Assembly (NCBI GenBank): GCA_963777975.1 | Contig: CAVZSO010000010.1 | Coordinates: 118,847 to 182,846, forward strand | Length of the DNA: 64,000 nt | Direction: 5' to 3' | Source of the DNA: an uncultured Chloroflexia bacterium | GTDB lineage: Bacteria > Chloroflexota > Limnocylindria > Limnocylindrales > CSP1-4 | Part shown: positions 10,363 through 20,235 of the stretch, one piece after another | How the letters are laid out: each line of letters opens with the position of its first letter | How positions within the stretch are numbered: position 1 is the stretch's first letter | Notes under the pieces: generated by a model | What the model was told of the DNA's origin: nothing | Databases searched by the model: none | Seen by the model: the letters and a program-made list of their open reading frames with translations, nothing else | Position numbers and translations under genes: made by a program

Positions 10363-11157
10363 GTGCCCATAGCACTGATGCATCGCCTGCTCGCTGTCGC
10401 GCTGCCGCCGCTGCCCGAGGTCCGGCCAGGCGACGACCTGCCGGGGCTGGTCGCGGCGGCGTGGCGACTCGCCATCGCCGACGAACCGGAACTGACGCCG
10501 GCCAGCGGTGACGTGCTCGTCGTGACCCAGAAGGTCGTCTCCAAGGCGGAGGGCGCGGTCGTCGATCTGCGCACGGTCACGCCCCGCGCCGAAGCGGTCG
10601 CCTTCGCCGAGCGCTGGGAGCGCGACCCGCGGCAGGTCGAGGTCGTGCTGCGTGAGGCCGCGGCCATCGTGCGCATGGAGCGTGGCGTGATCATCACCCG
10701 CACGCGCCACGGCTTCGTCTGCGCCAACGGTGGCGTCGATGCCTCGAATGTCGCGCCAGACACCGTGACGATCCTGCCCGAGGATCCGGACCGATCGGCC
10801 CGAGCGATCATGGCGCGCCTGGCCGATCTGCTCGATCTGCCGCCGGAGCGCACCCCGGCCATCGTGATCAGCGACTCGTTCGGCCGGCCGTGGCGCTGGG
10901 GCATCGTCGACGTCGCCCTTGGCGTGGCGGGCTTCGGCCCGCTCGACGACCAACGCGGCCGACCGGACACGGCGGGTCGCGTGATGCGCTCGACGGTCGT
11001 GGCGGTCGCCGACGAGATCGCTTCCGCGGCAGAGCTCGCGTCGGGCAAGACCAGCGGGCGACCGGTCGTCCTCGTCCGGGGCGCGGGCCTGCCGGCCGGT
11101 GACGGGTCGATCCAGCGCGAGTTGGTCATGCCCACCGAGAACGACCTCTTTCCCTGA
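10363..11157 (+). CDS. cofE: coenzyme F420-0:L-glutamate ligase (CofE, FbiB N-domain type)
   Basis: VLVVTQKVVSKAEG, RTRHGFVCANGGVDASN are CofE motifs; alternative ATG start at 10378. Confidence 0.7.
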   Translation: MPIALMHRLLAVALPPLPEVRPGDDLPGLVAAAWRLAIADEPELTPASGDVLVVTQKVVSKAEGAVVDLRTVTPRAEAVAFAERWERDPRQVEVVLREAAAIVRMERGVIITRTRHGFVCANGGVDASNVAPDTVTILPEDPDRSARAIMARLADLLDLPPERTPAIVISDSFGRPWRWGIVDVALGVAGFGPLDDQRGRPDTAGRVMRSTVVAVADEIASAAELASGKTSGRPVVLVRGAGLPAGDGSIQRELVMPTENDLFP

Positions 11158-11203
11158 CGACCCCTTCCCCGAGACGACGGCCGCGCCTACGATTTCGCGC
11201 GTG

Positions 11204-11446
11204 ATGCGTGGCACCACCCTGCGCCGCTGGGCCCCCGCATCGGCGTGGGGCATCTGGCTCATCGGCGCCCTGCTCCTGGCGGCCGTCCTGCTGCTCGGGG
11301 CAGCGCCGGGGTCGACCGCCCTGGGCGAGCTCAACCTGTTCGTGGTCGTGCGCATCGTCGCGCCACATCGCCGACCGCATGGCACACTACGCCGCAGGGT
11401 CGCCGCCGCGGAAATACTCCCAGGGAGTATGCAGGTTGCGTGCTAG
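11204..11446 (+). CDS. possible small single-TM membrane protein (hypothetical)
   Basis: 80-aa ORF with GC3-rich codons over the first ~50 codons and TM segment GIWLIGALLLAAVLLLGAAPG. Lies in the largest intergenic gap (cofE-trxB). Weak. Confidence 0.25.
   Translation: MRGTTLRRWAPASAWGIWLIGALLLAAVLLLGAAPGSTALGELNLFVVVRIVAPHRRPHGTLRRRVAAAEILPGSMQVAC
11410..11437 (+). promoter_or_regulatory. candidate ECF SigH/SigR-type promoter (GGAAAT-N19-GTT) upstream of trxB, enclosing a perfect 17-bp palindrome ATACTCCCAGGGAGTAT (11413-11429)
   Basis: Seen directly. trxB is a classic SigR/SigH regulon member in actinobacteria. Confidence 0.3.
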
Positions 11447-11455
11447 GATAGGTGC

Positions 11456-12574
11456 ATGGTCAACGAATCCAAGGGCTTTACCGGCATCCAGATGATCGAC
11501 GCGGGGGCAGCCGATGCGGTCCCGGCGACGAAGCCGGTGAGCGCCTTTCCGACCATCGCGCAGGTCGCCGAGCCCAGCCTCCAGCCGGCCGAGCCGGCGG
11601 CGGTCGAGGCAGGTGAGTTCGGCGGCGGCGTCAGCAAGGTCGTCATCGTCGGCTCCGGCCCCGCCGGCCTGACGGCGGCCATCTACGCGGCGCGCGCCAA
11701 CCTCGAGCCGCTGGTCATCGCCGGCCTCGTGCCCGGCGGTCAGCTGATGATCACCAGCGACGTCGAGAACTACCCAGGCTTCCCGGACGGCATCCAGGGA
11801 CCCGAGCTGATGGACCTCTTTCGGAAACAGGCCGCGCGCTTCGGGACGCGCTTCGTCGACAAGGACCTGGAGCGGGTCGACTTCAGCCAGCGGCCCTTCA
11901 GACTCTGGGCCGGCGGCATCGAGCACCGCGCCGAATCCGTCATCGTCGCCACCGGGGCGTCGGCCATCTGGCTGGGCCTGGAGAGCGAGACGCGGCTGCG
12001 CGGTCGGGGCGTCAGCGCCTGCGCGACCTGTGACGGCTTCTTCTTCCGCGACAAGCACGTCGGCGTCGTCGGAGGCGGCGACTCCGCGCTCGAAGAGGCG
12101 ACCTTCCTGACCAAGTTCGCCAGGCGGGTCACGATGATCCATCGCCGCGATGAGTTTCGTGGCTCCAAGATCATGCGCGACCGCGCACTCAACGACCCCA
12201 AGATCGACGTCCGCTGGAACAGCGAGGTCGCCGAGGTCATCGGCGACGACGTGGTCAGCGGCCTGCGCCTGCGCGACACCGCGACCGGCCAGGAGCACGA
12301 GGAGCCGATGGACGGGCTCTTCGTCGCCATCGGGCATCAGCCCAATACCGACGTCTTCCGCGACTGGCTCGAGGTCGACCCGAAGGGCTACCTCGTCGTG
12401 CACGACCAGACCGGCACCAAGGTCGAGGGGGTCTTCGTCGCCGGCGACGTCCACGATCATCGCTACCGGCAGGCCGTCACCGCCGCGGGAGACGGCTGTC
12501 GGGCGGCCATCGATGCCGAGCGCTGGCTCGAATCGGTCGGCCTGGCCGAGGCGGCGACCTCGACCGCCTGGTGA
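11456..12574 (+). CDS. trxB: thioredoxin-disulfide reductase with ~55-aa N-terminal extension
   Basis: VIVGSGPAGLTAAIYAARANLEP, CATCDGFFFRDK (redox-active CxxC), GGGDSALEEATFL, HRRDEFR. Alternative ATG at 11492. Confidence 0.8.
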   Translation: MVNESKGFTGIQMIDAGAADAVPATKPVSAFPTIAQVAEPSLQPAEPAAVEAGEFGGGVSKVVIVGSGPAGLTAAIYAARANLEPLVIAGLVPGGQLMITSDVENYPGFPDGIQGPELMDLFRKQAARFGTRFVDKDLERVDFSQRPFRLWAGGIEHRAESVIVATGASAIWLGLESETRLRGRGVSACATCDGFFFRDKHVGVVGGGDSALEEATFLTKFARRVTMIHRRDEFRGSKIMRDRALNDPKIDVRWNSEVAEVIGDDVVSGLRLRDTATGQEHEEPMDGLFVAIGHQPNTDVFRDWLEVDPKGYLVVHDQTGTKVEGVFVAGDVHDHRYRQAVTAAGDGCRAAIDAERWLESVGLAEAATSTAW

Positions 12575-14725
12575 CGGCGCCCTCGATCGGCGCCCTGCCG
12601 AGCCCGCGCCAGGTCATCTTCCGGGTCGAGGCGCTGGCCGACCCACGCATCCGACTCTTCCTGACCAGCGCGACGCTGCTCTTCGTCGAGCTGCTGCTCA
12701 TCCGCTGGATCCCGGCCAACGTCCGTTACGTCGGCTTCTTCAGCAACTTCCTGCTGATGGCCAGCTTCCTGGGCATCGGCCTCGGCATCCTCCTGGGGCG
12801 GAAGGGCTGGCGGCTGCCGTTCTCGCCGTTCACCCTGCTCCTCTTCGTCGTCGTGGCCCTCGTCGTCACGGCCGAGCTCAACGTCCAGATCAACTCCCAG
12901 GACGAGCTCTTCTTCGGCCTCGCCGAGAACACCGCCGCGGACGCCAACTTCATCGTCCTGCCCCTCGTCGTCGGCCTGGTGGCGGCCGTCATGGCGTCAC
13001 TCGCGTTGCCACTCGGGCCGCTCTTCCGGGCGATGCCGCCCCTGCGACGCCTACGCCATCGACATCGTCGGCTCGATGGTCGGCATCATCGGCTTCACGG
13101 CACTCTCGGCGGCCGGCACGAACCCGGTCGTCTGGTTCAGCGTGCTCGCCGTCCTCGTCCTGCTGATCGCGCTGGGCGGGGGCATCACGCCCTGGTCGTT
13201 CGTGGCCGGCGCGGCCGATGCTGGGCGTCATCTACGCCGTCGTCATCCAGGCCGGCAGCGGGGACATCTGGTCGCCCTACTATCGGATCACGACCTACCC
13301 GCTCGCGGATGGCACGCTGAACGTCAACGTCAACGGCATCCCGCACCAGGCCCTCCATCCGGTCGATCGAGCCGAAGGAACCGTTCTACGACCAGGTCTA
13401 CGAGTGGTTCCCGGGTCGCACGTACGACGACGTGCTCATCGTCGGCGCCGGCAGCGGCTCGGACGTGGCCATCGCGCTCGATCGCGGCGCCAAGCACGTG
13501 GATGCGGTCGAGATCGACCCCGCCATCCAGCGCATCGGCGTCGAGCATCACCCCGATCACCCCTACGACGACCCGCGGGTGACGCGGATCGTCAACGACG
13601 GCCGGGCGTTCCTGCGCGACGACGGACAAGCAGTACGACCTGGTCGTCTTCGCGCTGCCCGACTCGCTGACCCTGGTCAGCACCGCAGCCAACATCCGGC
13701 TGGAGTCGTTCCTGTTCACCGAGGAGGCCTTCGCGAGCGTGCGCGACCACCTCAAGCCAGGCGGCATCTTCGTGCTCTACAACTACTACCGCGAGCCATG
13801 GCTGGTGGCCAAGCTGCAGGGGATGCTGACGGACGCCTTCGGCTCGCCTCCGCTCGTGCGCACCTATTCCAACGTCCAGGCGGCCCTCGCCGCGGGACCG
13901 GGCGTGGCGGCTGTCGGCGGCGTGCCACCGGGCGACGGCGTCAGCGAGGTGCCCGACCCGGGCCAGCCGGAGCCCCGGCCGGCGACCGATGACTGGCCGT
14001 TCCTGTACCTGCGCACGGGCTTCATCGCGCCCTACTACCTCGTCGCCCTGGCCATCATCCTCGGCTTCGCGCTGGTCGCGGTGCTCGGGGCGGCGCGCGT
14101 GACGGGGACCCCCATCCGACGCTTCAGCCCGCACTTCTTCGTCCTCGGCACGGCCTTCCTGCTGCTCGAGACCCGCAGCCTGGTCAGCTTCAGCCTGCTC
14201 TTCGGCACGACCTGGATCGTCAACGCGCTGGCCTTCTTCGCCATCCTGGCCAGCGTCCTGGTGGCCATCCTCATCAACGCCCGCTTCCCCATCCGCCACC
14301 CGAACGTCTTCTACATCGGGCTCTTCGTGGCCCTCGGGGTCGCCTTCCTGCTGCCGCCCGAGCAGCTGCTCATCGACCCGCCCTGGCTGCGCTACGTCGT
14401 GGCCGCCGCGCTCGCCTTCACGCCCGTCTTCTTCGCCAACCTCGTCTTCAGCCACTCGTTCCGCGACACGACCACGGCCGACATGGCCTTCGCCAGCAAC
14501 CTGCTGGGGGCGATGGTCGGCGGCGCCCTGGAGTACCTGGCGCTGCTGACCGGCTACCGCGCCCTGCTGCCGCTGGTCGCCGTCCTGTACCTGCTGGCCT
14601 GGCTCTTCGCCACCCGCTGGCGTCGCCTGGCCGACCGCGACCTGGAGGCGGGCACGGCCGACCAGGCCGGCATCGACCACGCCGGCACGACCGAGCCGGG
14701 CACCGTGCTGGAGGGGGCGACCTGA
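12571..14725 (+). pseudogene. spermidine-synthase-like membrane protein (N-terminal polytopic domain + SpeE methyltransferase-fold + C-terminal TM domain) broken by four +1 frameshifts
   Basis: Five successive ORFs (12571, 13076, 13218, 13432, 13739) each step +1 in frame. Concatenated they read ...LGPLFRAMPP|CDAYAIDIVGSMVGIIGF...FVAGAA|MLGVIYAVVIQAGSGDIW...HPVD|IEPKEPFYDQVYEWFPGRTYDDVLIVGAGSGSDVAIALDRGAKHVDAVEIDP...AFLRD|TDKQYDLVVFALPDS...VLYNYYREPW... Junctions are near 13041, 13217, 13366 and 13625. Confidence 0.65.
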
Positions 14726-16860
14726 TGGGCTTCGGGCCGCGAGGCGGCGGGCGAAGCGCGGCCTACAGCGCGGGCGACGATCCCGCCGCGCGGGTGCCGA
14801 AAGAGCGGCGCGGCGCGACCATGCGCCGCATCGCGGCTTTCTTCCGACCCTACCGCTGGCAGGTGCTGGTCGTCCTTGGCGCCATCCTGCTGACGAGCAT
14901 GCTGGGGCTGATCAATCCGCTCCTGCTCAAGGCGCTCATCGACAGCGCCATCCCGTCGGGCAGTTGGCCGCAGCTCAACCTCTTCGTGGCGCTGATGATC
15001 ATCGTGCCCATCGTCAGCGGCCTGATCGGCGTCGGTCAGTCGTACTGGAACAACGTCGTCGGGCAGCATGTCATGCAGGACCTGCGCAACGCGCTCTACG
15101 CACATCTCCAGAAGATGCCGCTGCGCTTCTTCGCCGAGACGCGCACCGGGGAGATCCAGAGCCGCCTGGCCAACGATGTCGGTGGCGTCCAGAGCGTGGT
15201 CACGGACACGGCCAGCTCCGTCGTCAGCAACATGGTCATCGCGGTGACGACGATCATCGTCATGCTCTTCATCTCCTGGCAGCTGACGCTGTTGTCGCTG
15301 ATCGTGCTGCCATTCTTCATGTGGCTGACCTACCGCGTGGGCAAGATCCGGCGGAGCATCAGCACCGAGACGCAGGAGACGATGGCGGACGTGAGCGCCA
15401 TCACCCAGGAGACGCTCAGCGTGAGCGGCATCCTGCTCTCCAAGACCTTCGGTCAGCAGACCGCCTCGGTCGAGCGTTTCCGGCTCGCCAACGCCAAGCT
15501 GGCCGCGCTGCAGATCCGCCAGAGCATGGTCGGACGCTGGTTCTTCATGATCGTGGGCACCATCTTCAGCATCATGCCGGCCTTCGTGTACTGGCTGGCC
15601 GGCGCGCTCATCTTCGCCGGCGTCTCGAACGCGCCGACGATCGGCGACATCGTGGCCTTCACGACGCTCCAGAGCCGCCTCTTCTTCCCTCTCGGCCAGC
15701 TGCTCAACGTCCATGTCGAGGTCCAGGGCGCGCTGGCGCTCTTCGACCGCATCTTCGCCTACCTCGACCTGGAGCCCGAGATCAAGGACGCGGCCGACGC
15801 CCTCGAGCTCGACCCGTCGAGCGTCCGCGGCGACGTACGCTATCGAGGCGTCAGCTTCCGATATCGGACGACCGCACCGGCGGCCATCCAGCCCGAGGCC
15901 GAGGCGGCAGACCAGACCATGGAGGCCGACGAGGACGTCGAGGAGGCGGTGGCAGCGGCAGAAGCCGGCGCCGGTGCCGCCGTCGAGGCCGAGGCGGAGT
16001 CGGCACGAGCGACCGGGGTGGCCCTGGCGGTCGCGCTCGAGGACCCGATCTCGCCCGAAGACGAGGCCGCCGCCGCCGACGTCGAGCCCATCGCGCCCTT
16101 CGGCATCGAAGGCGTCGATTTCGAGGCCCGTGCAGGACAGCTGGTGGCGCTGGTCGGCCCATCGGGGGCGGGCAAGACGACGACGACCTACTTGCTGCCG
16201 CGCCTCTATGAGGTCGACGCCGGCGCCATCGAGCTTGACGGGCACGACATCCGGACGCTGACGCTCGAGTCGCTCGGCCGGGTCATCGGCTTCGTGACCC
16301 AGGAGACATACCTCTTCCACGCTTCGGTCCGCGACAACCTCCTCTATGCCCGGCCCGATGCCAGCCAGGCCGAGCTGGAGGCCGCCGGGCGGGCGGCAGC
16401 CATCCACGATCGGATCATGGAGTTGCCCGAGGGCTACGACACCATCGTCGGCGAGCGCGGTTACAAGCTCTCCGGCGGGGAGAAACAGCGCGTCGCTATC
16501 GCTCGGGTGCTGCTCAAGGATCCACGGGTGCTCATCCTCGACGAGGCGACGTCGGCACTCGACACCGTCAGCGAGCGCCTCATCCAGGCGGCTCTCGAGC
16601 GGGCCGAAGCCGGACGCACGACCCTGGCCATCGCCCACCGGCTGTCGACCATCCTGCGCGCCGACCTGATCCTGGTCTTCGAAGGCGGCCACATCGTCGA
16701 GCGCGGCACGCACCACGAGCTGCTCGGCCTGGACGGCCTCTATGCACGGCTGTATCACGAGCAATTCCTGACCGCGGCGGCGGTCGCAGCCGAGGCTGAT
16801 CCGGCTGGCGAGGCGCCCGATATCGGACGCCAGGCGTCGCTGCCTCTCGGACAAGGTTGA
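14725..16860 (+). CDS. ABC exporter, fused permease/ATP-binding (MsbA/ABCB type) with acidic low-complexity insertion in the NBD
   Basis: 6-TM exporter domain then Walker A GPSGAGKTT, signature LSGGEKQR, Walker B LILDEAT. The likely true start is ATG 14821 (MRRIAAFFRPYRW). A ~75-aa Ala/Glu/Asp-rich insert lies between VSFRY and GIEGVDFEA. Confidence 0.8.
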   Translation: MGFGPRGGGRSAAYSAGDDPAARVPKERRGATMRRIAAFFRPYRWQVLVVLGAILLTSMLGLINPLLLKALIDSAIPSGSWPQLNLFVALMIIVPIVSGLIGVGQSYWNNVVGQHVMQDLRNALYAHLQKMPLRFFAETRTGEIQSRLANDVGGVQSVVTDTASSVVSNMVIAVTTIIVMLFISWQLTLLSLIVLPFFMWLTYRVGKIRRSISTETQETMADVSAITQETLSVSGILLSKTFGQQTASVERFRLANAKLAALQIRQSMVGRWFFMIVGTIFSIMPAFVYWLAGALIFAGVSNAPTIGDIVAFTTLQSRLFFPLGQLLNVHVEVQGALALFDRIFAYLDLEPEIKDAADALELDPSSVRGDVRYRGVSFRYRTTAPAAIQPEAEAADQTMEADEDVEEAVAAAEAGAGAAVEAEAESARATGVALAVALEDPISPEDEAAAADVEPIAPFGIEGVDFEARAGQLVALVGPSGAGKTTTTYLLPRLYEVDAGAIELDGHDIRTLTLESLGRVIGFVTQETYLFHASVRDNLLYARPDASQAELEAAGRAAAIHDRIMELPEGYDTIVGERGYKLSGGEKQRVAIARVLLKDPRVLILDEATSALDTVSERLIQAALERAEAGRTTLAIAHRLSTILRADLILVFEGGHIVERGTHHELLGLDGLYARLYHEQFLTAAAVAAEADPAGEAPDIGRQASLPLGQG

Positions 16861-16923
16861 CGATCCTTTACCAGCCCATGGCAGTCCCTGAACCGACCTG
16901 ACCTACGATCCGCCGCGGTCGAC

Positions 16924-18117
16924 GTGATCCATGATCCCGATGAGGAGGTAGCCACGGTGCCGCGACCAGCTTCCCTGCTGCGATCCCTTGGCCTGGCCGT
17001 CCTGGCGGTCGCGCTGCCGGTCGGCCTCGCAGCCCAGGCAGCCGATGCCGTGACGGTGACCACCCCGTACCCGGCTGTCGTCGCCGATCCGGGCGGCACC
17101 GCACGATTCCCGCTGACGATCGACGCCAGAAGCGCGGGCACGGTGGCCCTCGAGGCCACCGGCGTGCCGACCGGCTGGACGGCGAGCTTCCGTGGCGGTG
17201 GCTCGATCGTCTCGGCGGTCTACGTCACGGGCGGCAAGGCGTCATCGGTCGATCTGGAGGTCAAGGTCCCTTCAGATGCCGCCCCGGGCAGCCATCGCAT
17301 CGGCGTCCGAGCCAACGACGGCAGCGGAGGCAGCGGCAACCTGGCGGTCGAGATCCGTGTCTCCGACGCATCCGCCGGCGGAGTCAAGCTCGAAGCCACC
17401 TATCCCACGCTCAAGGGTCCCGCCAGCGCGACCTACCGATTCGATCTGACGCTCAGCAACGACACCAGCCAGCAGCAGACCTTCACCCTGCAGGCCTCGG
17501 GACCGACCGGCTGGACGGTCGACGCGCGGCCATCGAGCTCGAACCAGGCAGCCACGGCCGTCGTCGACGCCGGCAGTTCGACACAGATCCAGGTGACGGC
17601 CCAGCCCCCGGTCGACGCGACGGCGGGCTCCTATCCCATCGCCGTGGAGGCCGTCGGCGGACCGACCGTCGCCCATGCCGACCTCGCCGTCGAGATCGTG
17701 GGCAGCTACACGATGAACGTGACCACGCCGGACGGCCGCCTCAACGCGGATGTCACCGCCGGCACGGCATCGCCGATGACCGTCGAGGTCCATAACACCG
17801 GTTCCGCGCCCCTGGCCGGCGTGGCCATGAGCGCGACGCCGCCGCAGGGCTGGAAGGTGACCTTCGATCCAGCTGTCATCGAGGCCATCGCGGCGGGGGA
17901 CTCGGCGACGGTGACAGCGTCGATCACAGCCGCCGACAGCGCCATCGCCGGCGACTACGTCCTGACGGTGGCTGCCAAGAGCGATCAGGCGAGCGGCTCC
18001 ATGGATGTCCGGACCACCGTCCAGACCTCACCCATCTGGGGATTCGTGGGCCTGGCCGCGATCGGCCTGGTGTTCGTGATCCTCTTCCTGGTCTTCCAGC
18101 GGTTCGGCCGCCGCTAG
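16924..18117 (+). CDS. secreted and C-terminally anchored NEW3-like repeat-domain protein (COG1470-like), partner of the downstream ABC-2 transporter
   Basis: Signal peptide [25 protein letters not shown]. Repeated ~90-aa beta-sandwich-like modules ([25 protein letters not shown]) with the [20 protein letters not shown] pattern. C-terminal [23 protein letters not shown] plus basic tail. Confidence 0.55.
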   Translation: MIHDPDEEVATVPRPASLLRSLGLAVLAVALPVGLAAQAADAVTVTTPYPAVVADPGGTARFPLTIDARSAGTVALEATGVPTGWTASFRGGGSIVSAVYVTGGKASSVDLEVKVPSDAAPGSHRIGVRANDGSGGSGNLAVEIRVSDASAGGVKLEATYPTLKGPASATYRFDLTLSNDTSQQQTFTLQASGPTGWTVDARPSSSNQAATAVVDAGSSTQIQVTAQPPVDATAGSYPIAVEAVGGPTVAHADLAVEIVGSYTMNVTTPDGRLNADVTAGTASPMTVEVHNTGSAPLAGVAMSATPPQGWKVTFDPAVIEAIAAGDSATVTASITAADSAIAGDYVLTVAAKSDQASGSMDVRTTVQTSPIWGFVGLAAIGLVFVILFLVFQRFGRR

Positions 18118-18140
18118 CCCAGCCCTCGGAGGTCGCTCGA

Positions 18141-19149
18141 ATGGATACCAGGGGCGCGGCGACGCCAGCCGACTCGGGTCCGGGATCGGTCGCCATCCGG
18201 ACCCAGGATCTGACCAAGTCATATGGCGAGGTGACGGCCGTCGACGGCCTCGACCTCGAGGTCCGCTTCGGCGAGGTGTTCGGTCTCCTGGGCCCCAACG
18301 GAGCGGGCAAGACGACGACCATCCTGATGCTCCTGGGATTGACCGAGCGCGACGAGGGCACGGCCGAGGTCCTGGGCCTCGACCCTGCCCGCCACCCGCT
18401 CGAGGTCAAGCGCCGCGTCGGCTACCTGCCGGACGACGTCGGCTTCTACTCGGGCATGACCGGCCGCGAGAACCTGCGCTACACCGCGCGACTCAATCGG
18501 ATGTCGTCGGCGTCGACCGAGCAGCGCATCGATGCGCTTGCTCGAGCGAGTCGGGCTGGTCGAGGCGGCGGACCGGGCGGTCGAGACCTACTCGCGCGGT
18601 ATGCGACAGCGACTCGGCCTCGCGGACGTCCTGCTGCCCGAGCCTCGCATCGCGATCCTCGACGAGCCGACGGCCGCCATCGACCCGGTCGGTGCCAACG
18701 AGCTGCTCGGGCTCATCCGCAACCTGGCCGACGAGGAGGGTGTGGCGGTCCTGCTCTCGAGCCACCTCCTCCTTCAGGTCGAGCGCGTCTGCAGCCGGGT
18801 CGGCATCTTCGTGCGCGGCCGCATGGTCGAGCAGGGCACGGTCGCCGAGCTGGCCGGGCGGATGCCGACCGAGCAGATCCGGATCGAGGTCGGCTGTGAC
18901 GGCGACCCGGCGGCAACACGTCGGGCGCTGTCGGAGATGGACGGCCTCCACGTCCTCGAGCAGGACCGCGCTGATCCGCGCATCTGGGTCGTCGCCAGCG
19001 ACGGCGATCGCCGGCGTGAGCTTGCCGCCGGGCTGTCCGATCGCGGCCTCGCCATCTTCCACCTTCGCAGCACCGGCGTCGGCCTCGAGGAGGTCTATCG
19101 GCGCTACTTCCATCAGGCCGAGGAGGACGCCGATGACTCCGCAGCCTGA
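18141..19149 (+). pseudogene. ABC transporter ATP-binding protein (ABC-2/CcmA type) with an apparent +1 frameshift near 18537
   Basis: Frame 0: [41 protein letters not shown]...STEQRIDA. Frame +1 continues [29 protein letters not shown]...[10 protein letters not shown]. The junction gcgCttgctc carries one extra base. Confidence 0.7.
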
Positions 19150-20197
19150 GCCGATCGTGGCGCCGCTGGCGCCAGCGGCGCCACCCGAGACCACCGAGGT
19201 CCAGCAGCGGGACGCCGGCGCCGACGAGCGTCGTTTCAGCGGCGGCTGGCGGATCATCGCCCGGAAGGAGCTCGCCGACCACCTCCATAGCCTTCGGTTC
19301 CTGCTCCTGACGCTCGGCCTTGGCCTGGCGGCGGTCGCCTCCGTCGTCGCGACCAGTGGCGGGATCCGCGATGTCGCTCCCCTGGCCAGCGGATCGCCGG
19401 CCGTCTTCCTGAAGCTCTTCACGATCGGCTCGTCGAACCTGCCGCCCCTGGTGACCTGGATCGCCTTCCTGGGTCCGTTGCTCGGGATCGCGTTCGGCTT
19501 CGACGCCATCAACAACGAACGTGCCGAGCGGACGCTGCCTCGCCTGCTGTCGCAGCCCATCTGGCGCGACGACGTCATCAATGGCAAGTTCGCCGGCGCG
19601 CTGGCAGCCATCGCGCTCATCCTGGCCGCCATCGTCATCGTCATCGCCGGCGTGGGCATCGTGCGTCTGGGCGTCGTGCCCAAGCCCGAGGACATCCTGC
19701 GCCTGGCCGTCTGGTACATCGTCGCCATCGTCTACGTCGGCTTCTGGCTGGCGCTGGCGACGCTCTTCTCGGTCGTTCTTCGGCGCGCCGCGGCATCGGC
19801 CCTGGCGGCACTCTCGGTCTGGCTCATCGCCTCGGCCTTCGCGACGGTCCTGGTCGGCGTCATCGCCGATGCGCTGGCGCCGATCCCAGCGAGCCCCACC
19901 TTCGATGAACAGCTCGCCAACGCGACGATGCACCAGGATCTGGCGCGGCTCTTTCCCGGCGAGATCTTCACGGAGAGCACCCGGGCCATCCTCGACCCGG
20001 GTGTCCAGGCCATCGGGGTCGGCGACCAGGTCCAGCTGGCGATCTCGAACCAGGCGGGCGAGGCCATCCCGTCCGTCCTCTCGTTCGGCCAGAGCCTCCT
20101 CGTCGTCTCGCCGCTGGTCGTCGTCCTCGTCGCCCTGACGGTCACATGCTTCGCGCTCGCCTACGTGGCCTTCATGCGCCAGGAGGTCCGCGCCTGA
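19133..20197 (+). CDS. ABC-2 family transporter permease
   Basis: 354 aa, six hydrophobic segments; ATG overlaps the ATPase stop. Glycine-rich ABC-2 permease-like loops. Confidence 0.65.
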   Translation: MTPQPEPIVAPLAPAAPPETTEVQQRDAGADERRFSGGWRIIARKELADHLHSLRFLLLTLGLGLAAVASVVATSGGIRDVAPLASGSPAVFLKLFTIGSSNLPPLVTWIAFLGPLLGIAFGFDAINNERAERTLPRLLSQPIWRDDVINGKFAGALAAIALILAAIVIVIAGVGIVRLGVVPKPEDILRLAVWYIVAIVYVGFWLALATLFSVVLRRAAASALAALSVWLIASAFATVLVGVIADALAPIPASPTFDEQLANATMHQDLARLFPGEIFTESTRAILDPGVQAIGVGDQVQLAISNQAGEAIPSVLSFGQSLLVVSPLVVVLVALTVTCFALAYVAFMRQEVRA

Positions 20198-20235
20198 GAT
20201 CGGCGCGCCCGAGTCCCGCGCCTATACTCGGGCGC

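Noticed and set aside
8712-11135. 807-aa minus-strand ORF and several other long antisense ORFs (14554-16854 minus, 39700-42417 plus, 48551-50551 minus, 18713-19933 minus)
   Set aside because: All lie opposite genes with strong family signatures and themselves lack motifs. They are expected stop-codon-poor antisense frames in high-GC sequence.
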